Below, one piece after another: positions 39,866 to 48,530 of a stretch of 64,000 nucleotides of DNA. The translations under genes were made by a program, and so were the position numbers. The notes under the pieces are model-generated. The model made no database searches, was not told where the DNA came from, and saw only the letters and a program-made list of their open reading frames with translations. The DNA is from Candidatus Multivoradales bacterium. Its GTDB lineage: Bacteria > Acidobacteriota > Thermoanaerobaculia > Multivoradales > J023. Every line of letters begins with the position of its first letter. The stretch's first letter is position 1. The stretch is from positions 800,001 to 864,000 of the forward strand of contig CBDFLE010000005.1 of assembly GCA_965248925.1 (NCBI GenBank), in the 5' to 3' direction.

Positions 39866-40479
39866 GCGCACTCAGGGCAGCAGATCTGCTGATCGACCGA
39901 CAGACATTGTTTGCATGCAACAAACAAGCATAGTTCCGGATTCGGGCCTGGCAGCGGCGGCGTGTTGAAGTAGCACAGCCCGCGCCCGCAGGCTGGAGGC
40001 AGTGGCGCACCCACGGCCGTACAAGCATCTCGATTGCACCCATGAAGGCATTGGGAACCCAAGAAGATGCCGTTCGTGAACGGAGTTGCGACAGCGGCGA
40101 AGATCGTCCCGGCAATCACCGAGCAGTCTTCGATAAAGTCCTCAGCAGACGAAGCACCATCGAGCGGGAGCGCGACGACTGCCGCGATGGCAACACATGC
40201 GGCTTCCATATCAAGCAGGAATCTCAAGTCACACTGCGCCTTGTCTCCAAGGTCCAAGAACGGCGGGTTCTGGCCGTTGCACTGCCCCCAGCAGCGATCA
40301 TGGGCATCGCACGCCCCCAAGAAGAGGCCGTCAATACCCTGCTGCACCCAACCTGGAGCACCCACGGAGCAGCCGTTAGGCCACGGCGGTTCGAGAGGTT
40401 GCGCGACCAACGAGGAAGACGCGGCGAACGACAAGATCAGAATCAGGGCAGCAGACCGGGAAACAAGGAAAGAACGCAC
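39859..40479 (-). CDS. Secreted Cys-rich phospholipase A2-like protein (5' end possibly frameshifted; ATG 40489)
   Basis: Signal peptide; NGC...ACDAHDRCW...K..CD..F...M...C resembles secretory PLA2 (group XII-like) motif. Confidence 0.7.
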   Translation of the reverse strand: MRSFLVSRSAALILILSFAASSSLVAQPLEPPWPNGCSVGAPGWVQQGIDGLFLGACDAHDRCWGQCNGQNPPFLDLGDKAQCDLRFLLDMEAACVAIAAVVALPLDGASSAEDFIEDCSVIAGTIFAAVATPFTNGIFLGSQCLHGCNRDACTAVGAPLPPACGRGLCYFNTPPLPGPNPELCLFVACKQCLSVDQQICCPECAC

Positions 40480-40606
40480 ACTGCTTCATAGATCACCTCC
40501 ATACCCAGTAGCCACATCCCTAGACGTTTCGAGTATACGGACGACGCGTTCCAATTGTCAACGCCTGCGCCAACTGAGCGGTCGTGCATTCTGTATTCGA
40601 CCGCAC

Positions 40607-40630
40607 AAAAACCCCGAGAGGGTGGGTTTC
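40607..40630 (-). terminator. Possible intrinsic terminator
   Basis: Minus strand aaacccaccctctcggggttttt, imperfect stem plus U run. Confidence 0.35.
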
Positions 40631-40688
40631 TTGCACTTTCCGCACGTCGCGCCCGTCCGAGAGAGGAGTAAGCGGTAGGAAACAAGTA

Positions 40689-40816
40689 GACATCGGGGAC
40701 GTCGGGGACATAGTCGGCGGAGGTGAGAGAGGAGAACAGTAGCTGCATAAGGGCTTGCAGTGAATAGAGCTGCAAGTAGGTAAGGGTAAAAAGATGTCCC
40801 CGCCGTCCCCGATGTC
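40689..40816. repeat. 23-bp inverted repeat built of GGGGAC units
   Basis: gacatcggggacgtcggggacat (40689-40711) vs atgtccccgccgtccccgatgtc (40794-40816), 1 mismatch. Confidence 0.85.
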
Positions 40817-40944
40817 CCCCGAAGCCACCTTCTCATTCTCTTCTTAACGAGGATAAAGGTCAGAGCGACGGTGGTGAGAGTTGCCAGAAGTGGCACGTTT
40901 GTCTGCCTTTTGTGAATCTCGGGGTCGCGATAGGCTTCGGACCA

Positions 40945-41115
40945 ATGCAAACCGACAAAATGGAGAGCCAATACACCAAACGTTTGCAGGAAATATATGC
41001 GAACGAAGTGGATCTCGAACTGACCGACGAAGAAGCCACAGAAGCACTACGTAGCCTCACTGACCTAGCTGAGACATTTTTTGTTGACAGTGATGCACCC
41101 GAGTGCCTATGGTGA
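40945..41115 (+). CDS. Small acidic helical hypothetical protein
   Basis: LQEIY...VDLELTDEEA.EA...L..L amphipathic pattern; upstream of excisionase. Confidence 0.45.
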   Translation: MQTDKMESQYTKRLQEIYANEVDLELTDEEATEALRSLTDLAETFFVDSDAPECLW

Positions 41116-41164
41116 TTTCAGAACGTTGACAACAGCATCACGCTCGAACATATGGAGGGCACAC

Positions 41165-41373
41165 ATGACCAACCAACTACTCACCGAGACTCAGGTAGCC
41201 GACTACCTCAACCTCTCTCCGCGTTCGCTCCAAGCATGGCGGTGCCGTGGTGGTGGGCCGAGGTTCGTGGCCATCTCAAGCCGAGCGGTGCGGTACAGGC
41301 GGGATGATTTGATGCGTGGGTCAGCTCACTGGTGCGGCGGTCGACCTCGGACTCGGACGAGTTCGGAGAATAA
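41165..41373 (+). pseudogene. Excisionase/HTH_17-type DNA-binding protein with 1-bp frameshift
   Basis: SD GGAGG; LLTE.QVA.YL.LS.RSL..WR..G.GP.F......VRYR..DL; one extra base at ~41311 restores DAWV...RRSTSD and stop. Confidence 0.8.
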
Positions 41374-41410
41374 AAAAAGACTCCCGAGGAACAGCAGAAA
41401 CCCTCGGGGG
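41371..41410 (-). terminator. Intrinsic terminator for minus-strand transcript
   Basis: Minus strand cccccgagg...cctcgggag stem followed by tcttttttt. Confidence 0.55.
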
Positions 41411-41429
41411 CCGACGAGGGGACCCCAGT

Positions 41430-41858
41430 TCAACCTCCTGCACTGACTTCACGCCTAAGACGCTCCCGCACTCGCCGCAGTCGCGATGTATCGCCACGGA
41501 AGCGGCTGATCTTGGCGTCGAGAACGGCGATCAAGCCTTCGTGGTCAACACCGATGATCCGCTCGGGGTCGAGCAGGTCTCTTGAGTGTTTCCAGGTCCG
41601 CCCGTCTGAGGACATCAGCCGACCCGCCTACCGGTGGAGTTCGAAGGTCGAGAGCGCCCAATGCCGACTGCCGACCCTGATCTCTGCGTCGATCGCCATA
41701 TGCTGAAGCTCGACGAAAAGTGGGCAGGTCGCTGGGTCACGGCCGAGCAGATACCACACGATCTGATAAACCCTGATGCCGCCCTCCTCTGCTACCAAGA
41801 GCAGGTTCACTACGTCCTCTAACTTGGGTTCGATCGATGACGTTCGCACTACGTACAC
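41430..41858 (-). pseudogene. Degraded hypothetical gene with in-frame TAG at 41628
   Basis: ORFs 41628-41858 and 41430-41615 share a frame, read protein-like and end at the terminator. Confidence 0.35.
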
Positions 41859-42171
41859 CGTAGCGCCTCGCCGCCGGTTCCTCCCGAATGCCTCGAATTT
41901 GATCTGATCCGGCCTTTGGCAGAAATTCCCCCAGAACGGCGAAACCGATCACGATAGGGCCTTCGCTGCATATCCGTCGGGGCAATTGAGCCGCAACGGC
42001 TAGTTGCAGCAGGAGGCACCATGAGTACAGCACTCATCGCGATTCACCGCGCCGGGCTGGCAATCGACCCGAGCGCGTAAGGCCATTGACTGATGACCGG
42101 TATGGGATCAGTTCCCATGCTGGTCAGTTTTCGCTAAACTGTCGGCGAAAAGGTCGAAGTAATTTGCTTAG

Positions 42172-43668
42172 CAGCCCGTGGCAGAAGTCCGTTTCTACAA
42201 AATGTGGCCTAAATTGAGGCCAGCCGGCGCAGGTGGTCTGATCGAAGATCTTAGTGGCCAATATCCGCTCTCGTGCGGCAGAAGCCAGCTCAGCAAGCTA
42301 CATACGGCGCGAAAGCCCTGTTCGAGAGCCGAAAGAAAGCCCTGAAGGGCCCGTGGAGTGCCGGCTCCATACATTTGACGAAGCAGCAGCCCAAGATTGA
42401 ATCCCGCGATGTGAATCAGCAACCTTTTGCGGATGTTGTCGTGACCTCGAAGGTGGGTCCTTCTCATACCGCCAGTCTCGTAGCAATGGGCAAAGGTGCG
42501 TTCTACTTTCTCTCCTCGACGCCGCGACAGCTCGCGGCCTCGACGACCCTTGATCCGTCGACGGTTGGCATACACCGCTTGCTTCTCCGCCTCTTTGCCG
42601 CACCAGTTGCGTCGGCCTCGATCCGGTTCCGAAATATAGGTTCGAATCTTCCCTTGACGCTGTGCCTTCATGACCGCGTTACTGTGATAGCCCTTGTCAG
42701 CCACCAGCTCTGAACGGACTTTCTCGCTCAAGTGATCGCCAGCCTCCGAATCCTCAACGACATCTTCCAGCACCGCAGCGACTTCATCCAACGTCCGCTC
42801 TAGGCTCGACGTGTCCCCTCGGTCTGCAGGTTGCACCGTCACCGCCACAACCGCACCCGTCTCCATATCCACCGCATGCTCGGCTTTGTGCGCCAGATGC
42901 GTCCGCCCATCCTTCATTCGCGTGACTTTGGCGTCGGGATCGTGGGGGTTCTTCCAGTCGCCGTTCGACGTCTTTTTGTTCTTCCTTTGGCGGTCAAAAC
43001 GCGCCAGATCCGCTCGCGTCGGGGTCTCCACACCCGAAGCCTCGGCCAGGCGCGTGAGAAACTCTTCGTAGCTCTCGCCCGAGTCTCGACGCACGATGCT
43101 GCGCATCGCCGCGTTCGCCTCGAGGGTCGTCGCATCGATGCCCAGCGTCTTTCCCCGGAGCAAGCCAGCCTTCGCCAGTACTTGCAAAGCCCAAGCAAAC
43201 ACCGCCTCATGGGTCTCGAGATCGATCAGGCGACGGGTCCGAGAGAGCGTCGAATGGTCCGGGGTCTGGTCCGAGAGTTCGAAGCCCAGAAAGTCGCGCA
43301 GAGTCATCGAATCCGCAAGTCGCCAAGCGATACCTCGCTCGGAGTCGATACCCTCGAAGAAGCCGATCAGCAGCAACCGAAAATACACCGCGGGCGCCAG
43401 CGAAGGTCGTCCCATGCTCGTAGCGTAAAACCTCGCGCACTGCTCCTCGATAAAGCGATCGAAACCGTGCTTGTCGAGAATCTTGGACAGACGCTCGTAG
43501 AAAGGATGTCCTGGGGACTTGGCCAGCGCCTGGGTTTCCACCCAGAGCTGCCGCTGTCTTCGTTTGCTTCGCCTGCCCATCGCCATGGTCGCTACCTCCC
43601 TCGGGTGGAAAGATTCTACCAGGGAAGATCGCCAAGACGGCCGTAATCGGGACTTTCACCACGGGCTG
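42172..43668 (-). mobile_element. IS1182-like insertion sequence
   Basis: Terminal IRs cagcccgtggcagaagtcc / ggactttcaccacgggctg; TTAG duplicated at 42168-42171 and 43669-43672. Confidence 0.9.
42195..43586 (-). CDS. DDE transposase (IS1182/IS5-like)
   Basis: GRPS..P, PDHSTLSR.R, IDAT..EANA, ADKGY, VER.FA. Confidence 0.95.
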   Translation of the reverse strand: MAMGRRSKRRQRQLWVETQALAKSPGHPFYERLSKILDKHGFDRFIEEQCARFYATSMGRPSLAPAVYFRLLLIGFFEGIDSERGIAWRLADSMTLRDFLGFELSDQTPDHSTLSRTRRLIDLETHEAVFAWALQVLAKAGLLRGKTLGIDATTLEANAAMRSIVRRDSGESYEEFLTRLAEASGVETPTRADLARFDRQRKNKKTSNGDWKNPHDPDAKVTRMKDGRTHLAHKAEHAVDMETGAVVAVTVQPADRGDTSSLERTLDEVAAVLEDVVEDSEAGDHLSEKVRSELVADKGYHSNAVMKAQRQGKIRTYISEPDRGRRNWCGKEAEKQAVYANRRRIKGRRGRELSRRRGEKVERTFAHCYETGGMRRTHLRGHDNIRKRLLIHIAGFNLGLLLRQMYGAGTPRALQGFLSALEQGFRAVCSLLSWLLPHESGYWPLRSSIRPPAPAGLNLGHIL

Positions 43669-43682
43669 TTAGGGGTGATGCT

Positions 43683-44747
43683 GTGAAGTATGTACGAGCG
43701 CTGCTGGCTGAAGCTCTGCGGAAGGATCCGACACTTCTGCTTCAAGAACGTCGGTTCTGGAAACGCGATGTTTTTGCGCTGCTACTGGAGCGGAGCGACG
43801 ACTTACTCCTCGATGATCCCAAGGAAGCGCGGGCGCTAGCCAAGCTCGCTCCACACCTTGCGCGCAGAATCGCCGACCTCGATCCGGTTGTCAATCTTGA
43901 TCAGATGCTTTTCACTGCCTACTGCGTCCTCGGCTCGTCACAGCGAGCGTCGGGCGACCTCGCTGCCGCGATGGCATCGTACAAAAGGGCAGCGGCACGA
44001 CAAGTGCCTCGTCTCGAAGTTGCCGACCTTCTCCGCCGTAAGGCGTACCTCTTTCGAGATCTTCGCGATCACGAGCAGGCAATTGCCTGCGTCGACGAGG
44101 CCATTCTCATTCACCGAATGGAAAGTGACTTCGTGGATCGACACCACTTCGGGTGCTGCCAACTCGCACGCGGTCAGATAGAGCTTGAACTCCCCAACCC
44201 ATCAGCAGCGATCAGCTTCATCAGCACTGCCCTCAACCATCTCGATGTTCAGCGCGACCCGAAAACCTACTACGCTGCACTCCACAATCTGACCCTGGCG
44301 CTGGTCGATGGCGGTTCAACCGCCGAGCTAGCAGCATCGCTGCACAAGCTCGAAAGCGCCCACCGTCTGCTTAGCATGCTCAAGAAGCGTGAACTCGCCA
44401 AATACAAACTCTGCGGGCTGAAAGGGCTCATCCACGTCAGACTCGGCGCACGCCGAAAGGGTGAGCTGCTGCTACGCAAGGCACGCCAACACTTGGTTGC
44501 GCTTGAAGTTCCCTACGAGGTGGGCGTAATCTCGCTCGACTTGGCCTGCATGTATCTAGAGGAAGGTAGGGATCGGGAAATAGAGACGCTGGCTCGCGAC
44601 ACCTACCGCTGCTTTCGAGCGCTCTCCGTCGAACGAGAAGCGTTGGCGGCGCTTTCACTCTGGACGACGGCGATCAAGAAGCGCCAGCTCAGCGAAGAGC
44701 TACTCGGAAACGTGCGAGAAAAGCTCACGGCCTTTGCTGCGCCGTGA
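43683..44747 (+). CDS. TPR-like all-helical protein
   Basis: Helical repeats with A/L/G periodicity; C-terminal LA..YL.EGR..E...LA......F.AL.V.REALAAL. Confidence 0.75.
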   Translation: MKYVRALLAEALRKDPTLLLQERRFWKRDVFALLLERSDDLLLDDPKEARALAKLAPHLARRIADLDPVVNLDQMLFTAYCVLGSSQRASGDLAAAMASYKRAAARQVPRLEVADLLRRKAYLFRDLRDHEQAIACVDEAILIHRMESDFVDRHHFGCCQLARGQIELELPNPSAAISFISTALNHLDVQRDPKTYYAALHNLTLALVDGGSTAELAASLHKLESAHRLLSMLKKRELAKYKLCGLKGLIHVRLGARRKGELLLRKARQHLVALEVPYEVGVISLDLACMYLEEGRDREIETLARDTYRCFRALSVEREALAALSLWTTAIKKRQLSEELLGNVREKLTAFAAP

Positions 44748-44854
44748 GTAACCGCCGCCAGAGATCCACTCAACCAAACTCTTGGAACCAATGCGGTCCC
44801 AACCGGGTCTGTCTCTTTGTGTCCTGAGAATGTCCAATGGGAAGGAGAACAGCA

Positions 44855-45436
44855 ATGCGTATTGCCTCGACTGTCGCCCTCCTGGCGCTCGCTATCGCGG
44901 GCGTCACCATGCTCTCTACCGCACCACACACGGGTGCCGACGAGCCCGTCGAGTCTGGCGAATTCTGGTTCGATCCCGATCCGGAACACGTCTTGATCTC
45001 GGCTCGCTTCTCCAATAATCAGACCGCGAATGTCTGGATCTACGACCTCTTCGCCGACGGACACTTGACCTACCGGCTGACGACTCAGCGTGGTGAGGAT
45101 TACGACAACACGGTCGAGCAGGATCTTTCCTTTGAAGATACCCGCGCACTGGTCGGTCTCGCTGTCGACGGTAGGTTGATGGACTACGAAGCCGTCCGAG
45201 TCAGGGCCGCAATGGGTCCCGTCACCCACTATCGATCCCACACCGGAACTGTGCGGCTGAAGATAGATCTGCCGCACTACCAACGCCCCGGCCAGGACGA
45301 TGCGCCGGCTGTCATCGAGATCAGCGTCGGCGACGTTGCCGGTAAGGCGAAACGGTATCCGAACATCCCAGAAATTCAAGCCCTCTCGACACTCTTTAGT
45401 GCACTGCGCAGCCACCGGAAGGTGGTGGCGCCATGA
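44855..45436 (+). CDS. Secreted or membrane-anchored hypothetical protein
   Basis: SD AAGGAG, N-terminal hydrophobic segment; paralog at 37073. Confidence 0.8.
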   Translation: MRIASTVALLALAIAGVTMLSTAPHTGADEPVESGEFWFDPDPEHVLISARFSNNQTANVWIYDLFADGHLTYRLTTQRGEDYDNTVEQDLSFEDTRALVGLAVDGRLMDYEAVRVRAAMGPVTHYRSHTGTVRLKIDLPHYQRPGQDDAPAVIEISVGDVAGKAKRYPNIPEIQALSTLFSALRSHRKVVAP

Positions 45437-45505
45437 CTCGCTTTCGCAGTTTTGCCTGGCTCGTCCGGAATGTGTCAATGAAAGTGAGACACTTTCTTCT
45501 GGGAA

Positions 45506-46627
45506 TTAGTACGGAATCGGTAGTGGCTCCGGCACCATCGCTTTCAGCGAGGGCGCGCAGCCAGGGGTCTCGCCTGGTGCGTCGTTGTGTACGCGGTGTG
45601 TCACTACGTTCTCGGTATCGACTGGGTCAGTGCTGGCGGCGGTGGTCGGCGGGTTGATCCAGACCTTGTCACTGGGCTCCGGCAAAGCCGGCGCTCGCCG
45701 CTTGAAGCGGCTTGGATGAGCGGCTGAGGCGGCGGCGAGGACTTCTCGACGTTGCTCCAGTACTGAGGCCGTGAGGCCGTAGTGGACGGTCTCTGGCGTC
45801 AACAAGCCGAGTCCTGTGTGGTAGTGCTGCGTGTTGTACCAGCCGATGAACGAGCGGCAGAATGCTCGTGCATCTTCCAGTGATCCGAAGCGGTCGGGAA
45901 AGCTCGGATGGTACTTGAGCGTCTTGAACTGGGCCTCAGAGAACGGATTGTCGTTGCTCGTGTAGGGCCGGTTCAGCGACCGTGTCATCCCGAGATCGGC
46001 CAGCAGTAGAGCCACTGGCTTGGATGTCATGCTCGAACCGCGGTCCGAGTGCAAGGTAAGTCGATCTCGCTCAACACCTTGCTTCTCAACACTGTCGGCG
46101 ATCAACCGCTTCGCGAGCCCTCCGGACTCGCGGCAGGCGAGCATCCAGCCGACGATGTAGCGGCTGAAGACGTCCAGAATTACGTAAAGGTAGTAGTGGG
46201 TCCACTTCACCGGGCCCTTGAGCTTGGTGATGTCCCACGACCACACCTCGTTCGGCCCTGTGGCCAGCAGTTCGGGCTTGGTGTAGTTGGGATGACGCCG
46301 CTGACGGCGTCGCTCGCGCAGCTCGCCCTCAGACTCCAGGACCCGGTACATGGTGCGCACCGAGCAGATATGGCGCTGATCCTCGTCCAGCAGCGCCGCC
46401 CAGACTTGACGCGGCGAGCGGTCGACGAAGCGCTCCGAGTGCAACACATCGAGGACCTCCTGGCGTTCAGCGGGCGTCAATGCCAGCGGCGGTCGAGGCC
46501 GCGTTGATAGCTGCGGCCCTGCGCTCTGCTGCCGACGGCGGCGATAGAAAGTGGCTCTGGGGACCGCCAAGGCGACGCAGGCTGCTTGCACCCCCACCGT
46601 CTCGGCCAGCGGCGCCACAGCGCTCAT
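45506..46627 (-). CDS. IS3 transposase OrfB (integrase core)
   Basis: WSWDIT, LHSDRG, DNPFSEA.FKTLK. Confidence 0.95.
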   Translation of the reverse strand: MSAVAPLAETVGVQAACVALAVPRATFYRRRRQQSAGPQLSTRPRPPLALTPAERQEVLDVLHSERFVDRSPRQVWAALLDEDQRHICSVRTMYRVLESEGELRERRRQRRHPNYTKPELLATGPNEVWSWDITKLKGPVKWTHYYLYVILDVFSRYIVGWMLACRESGGLAKRLIADSVEKQGVERDRLTLHSDRGSSMTSKPVALLLADLGMTRSLNRPYTSNDNPFSEAQFKTLKYHPSFPDRFGSLEDARAFCRSFIGWYNTQHYHTGLGLLTPETVHYGLTASVLEQRREVLAAASAAHPSRFKRRAPALPEPSDKVWINPPTTAASTDPVDTENVVTHRVHNDAPGETPGCAPSLKAMVPEPLPIPY

Positions 46628-47037
46628 GGCTGGCTCTCGCTCGGCTCGATCCCTAGCAGCCGGGAAAGTTTTTTTTGGACATCGATGATCGTCTCGGCTT
46701 TGTACAGCTGATGCTTGAGCCGGGCATTCTCACGCTCAAGCTCCGCGACGCGGCGGGCCTCGGCAGAGACCGGTCGACGCTTGCGACCGCGCTTCTTCGA
46801 CAGACCGGCCAGAGCTCCCGTGTCGCGCTGACGGCGCCACGTCGACAGTAGCGAGGAATACAGACCCTCCTGGCGAAGCAGGGCGCCAATCTCGCCGGGC
46901 TTGCTACAGGCGTCGGCGGCCTGGACGATGCGCAGCTTGTACGACGCGCTGTACCGCCGCCGCTTCGCCTTCTCAGCTACCTCGGGATCTGGTCGGTCAG
47001 CACCCATATCTCGCAGCTCGTGGCTTGGACTCGCCAT
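46624..47037 (-). CDS. IS3 OrfA (HTH plus leucine zipper)
   Basis: RRRYSA.YKL.I, LR.EGLYSS.L..WR, LERENARL, IIDVQKK. Confidence 0.92.
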   Translation of the reverse strand: MASPSHELRDMGADRPDPEVAEKAKRRRYSASYKLRIVQAADACSKPGEIGALLRQEGLYSSLLSTWRRQRDTGALAGLSKKRGRKRRPVSAEARRVAELERENARLKHQLYKAETIIDVQKKLSRLLGIEPSESQP

Positions 47038-48349
47038 GGTGATTGCTCTCCACACCCTCACTAATTTCTCGGTACTTGAGTGTCTCACTTACATTGGCAC
47101 AGAGGGGTCTGGCTGGTTATCTCGCCAGTACACGCCGGCAGCTACACCGGCGTGTCGGTCTGCTCGGATGGTGACGGTGTTCCGGCCGACTGTAAAGCGG
47201 GACGGTTCACCTCATCCCCTGGAAACACCGTGCCACCGTTCGCCATCACTCACCCTCCCGGCTACAGTGGCGGCGGTGGGGCTCGGCAGTATCGAATCTG
47301 CGTAGACAAGAGCAGTGAAGTCCTGACTCCTCCATTGTCCCGAGCTATCGCGACGTGGAACGCGCTACAACCGACCACGGGCAACTGCTCGGGATCGGGC
47401 TGCAAGACGTGGGAAGAGGCTGCGCCGCTCATGACCGCTGACGCTGAGACGGTGTTGCTCCATGAGCTTGGCCATTGCCCGCTCGGCTTGGGTCATCCTG
47501 ATCGGCCCTGGGATGCTGGCGATGATGGCATCTGGGAGTCCACGAGCTTTACCCGGTCCTGGAGAGTCGCGGCACCGCCGGTCGGAATTGTGACCGGCCC
47601 TGATTTTCTGCGTGGCACCCTCGACGATGAGCAATTTGGTTTCGGCGGCATGCGCGCACAGTCCGTCTCCTGGTTTCGGATCGCCGACAATGACCCGGTG
47701 GTCGTTGACGGAACTATCATCGACATCAACACCTACTCGCGCTCAACCGCAGGCGATTTGCCGGCCGGCCACAGCTGGGCAGCCAACGCCAACCGAGTTA
47801 CGGCTGAGCAGCTCGGCGCCCCGAACACGCAAGCGGTGATGTACAGCCTCGTGTCTGACAGCGAGATCAAGCGCCAGCTATCGGCCGATGACGTGAACAT
47901 GGCGCGGATGGCACGGACGGGTCAGGACTCAGTTGCTGGCACGGCTGACGATTACACCGTCGAGCTCGTGCTCGTCGACTCCTGCGACAGTGGCGCGGAT
48001 GTGATCGTCTTCTTCTCAGACGTGACCGACGACCAAGGCAATCCACTCGACCTCGCCGGCTTCTGCTCGCCAAGCGGGGTCGATTTCTCGTTTCCTCAAA
48101 ACCCGCTCTTGGCTCGGCATGTCTCCCTGGTCTCGGAGGGTGGCGGCGCCTTTGTCTTGACGCTGAATAGCTTGCTTGACTGGATCTTCGGCGAGGAGGT
48201 CTTCGCGGCTGGCTTCGAAACCGGCGACACGTCCGAATGGGATGTCGTCGTAGCGGCGGCGCCAGAATCGCCATAGCGAGTAAGCATGACCAGGCTGCTC
48301 CACGAGCTACGCTATGCGTAACCACAGTACTGCAAAGCACCCTCTCGCC

Positions 48350-48368
48350 TGGTTACTTGATGGTTACT
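48350..48368 (+). repeat. Tandem TGGTTACT, putative integrase arm-type sites (right)
   Basis: Same motif and 11-bp period as 37887-37905. Confidence 0.7.
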
Positions 48369-48433
48369 TGCAATTTCGAGCGACAACCGAAGAGCCGCCC
48401 GAAGCACTCGCAACTAACTGATTCTAAAGAGAA

Positions 48434-48514
<81 letters not shown>

Positions 48515-48530
48515 GTGGAGTTGCGTGATC

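Larger units (their letters stand above)
45471..47101 (-). mobile_element. IS3 family insertion sequence
   Basis: IRs tgtgtcaatgaaagtgagacact / agtgtctcacttacattggcaca; orfA and orfB; A8C slippery site at 46668-46676. Confidence 0.92.
45433..48276 (+). pseudogene. Secreted zinc metalloprotease interrupted by IS3 in its signal peptide
   Basis: ATG 45433 (ATGA overlap) MTRFRSFAWLVR, IS, then GVWLVISPVHA-GSY...; HELGHCPLGLGH, Met-turn AVMY, C-terminal FAAGFETGDTSEW. Confidence 0.75.

Noticed and set aside
40891-40906. Sigma-54 promoter TGGCAC...TGC
   Set aside because: GG-to-GC spacing is 11 nt, not the required 10.
41316-41822. Plus-strand frame with two in-frame TGA as a selenoprotein (selA is nearby)
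   Set aside because: No redox motif or SECIS-like hairpin; the opposite strand reads more protein-like and has a terminator.
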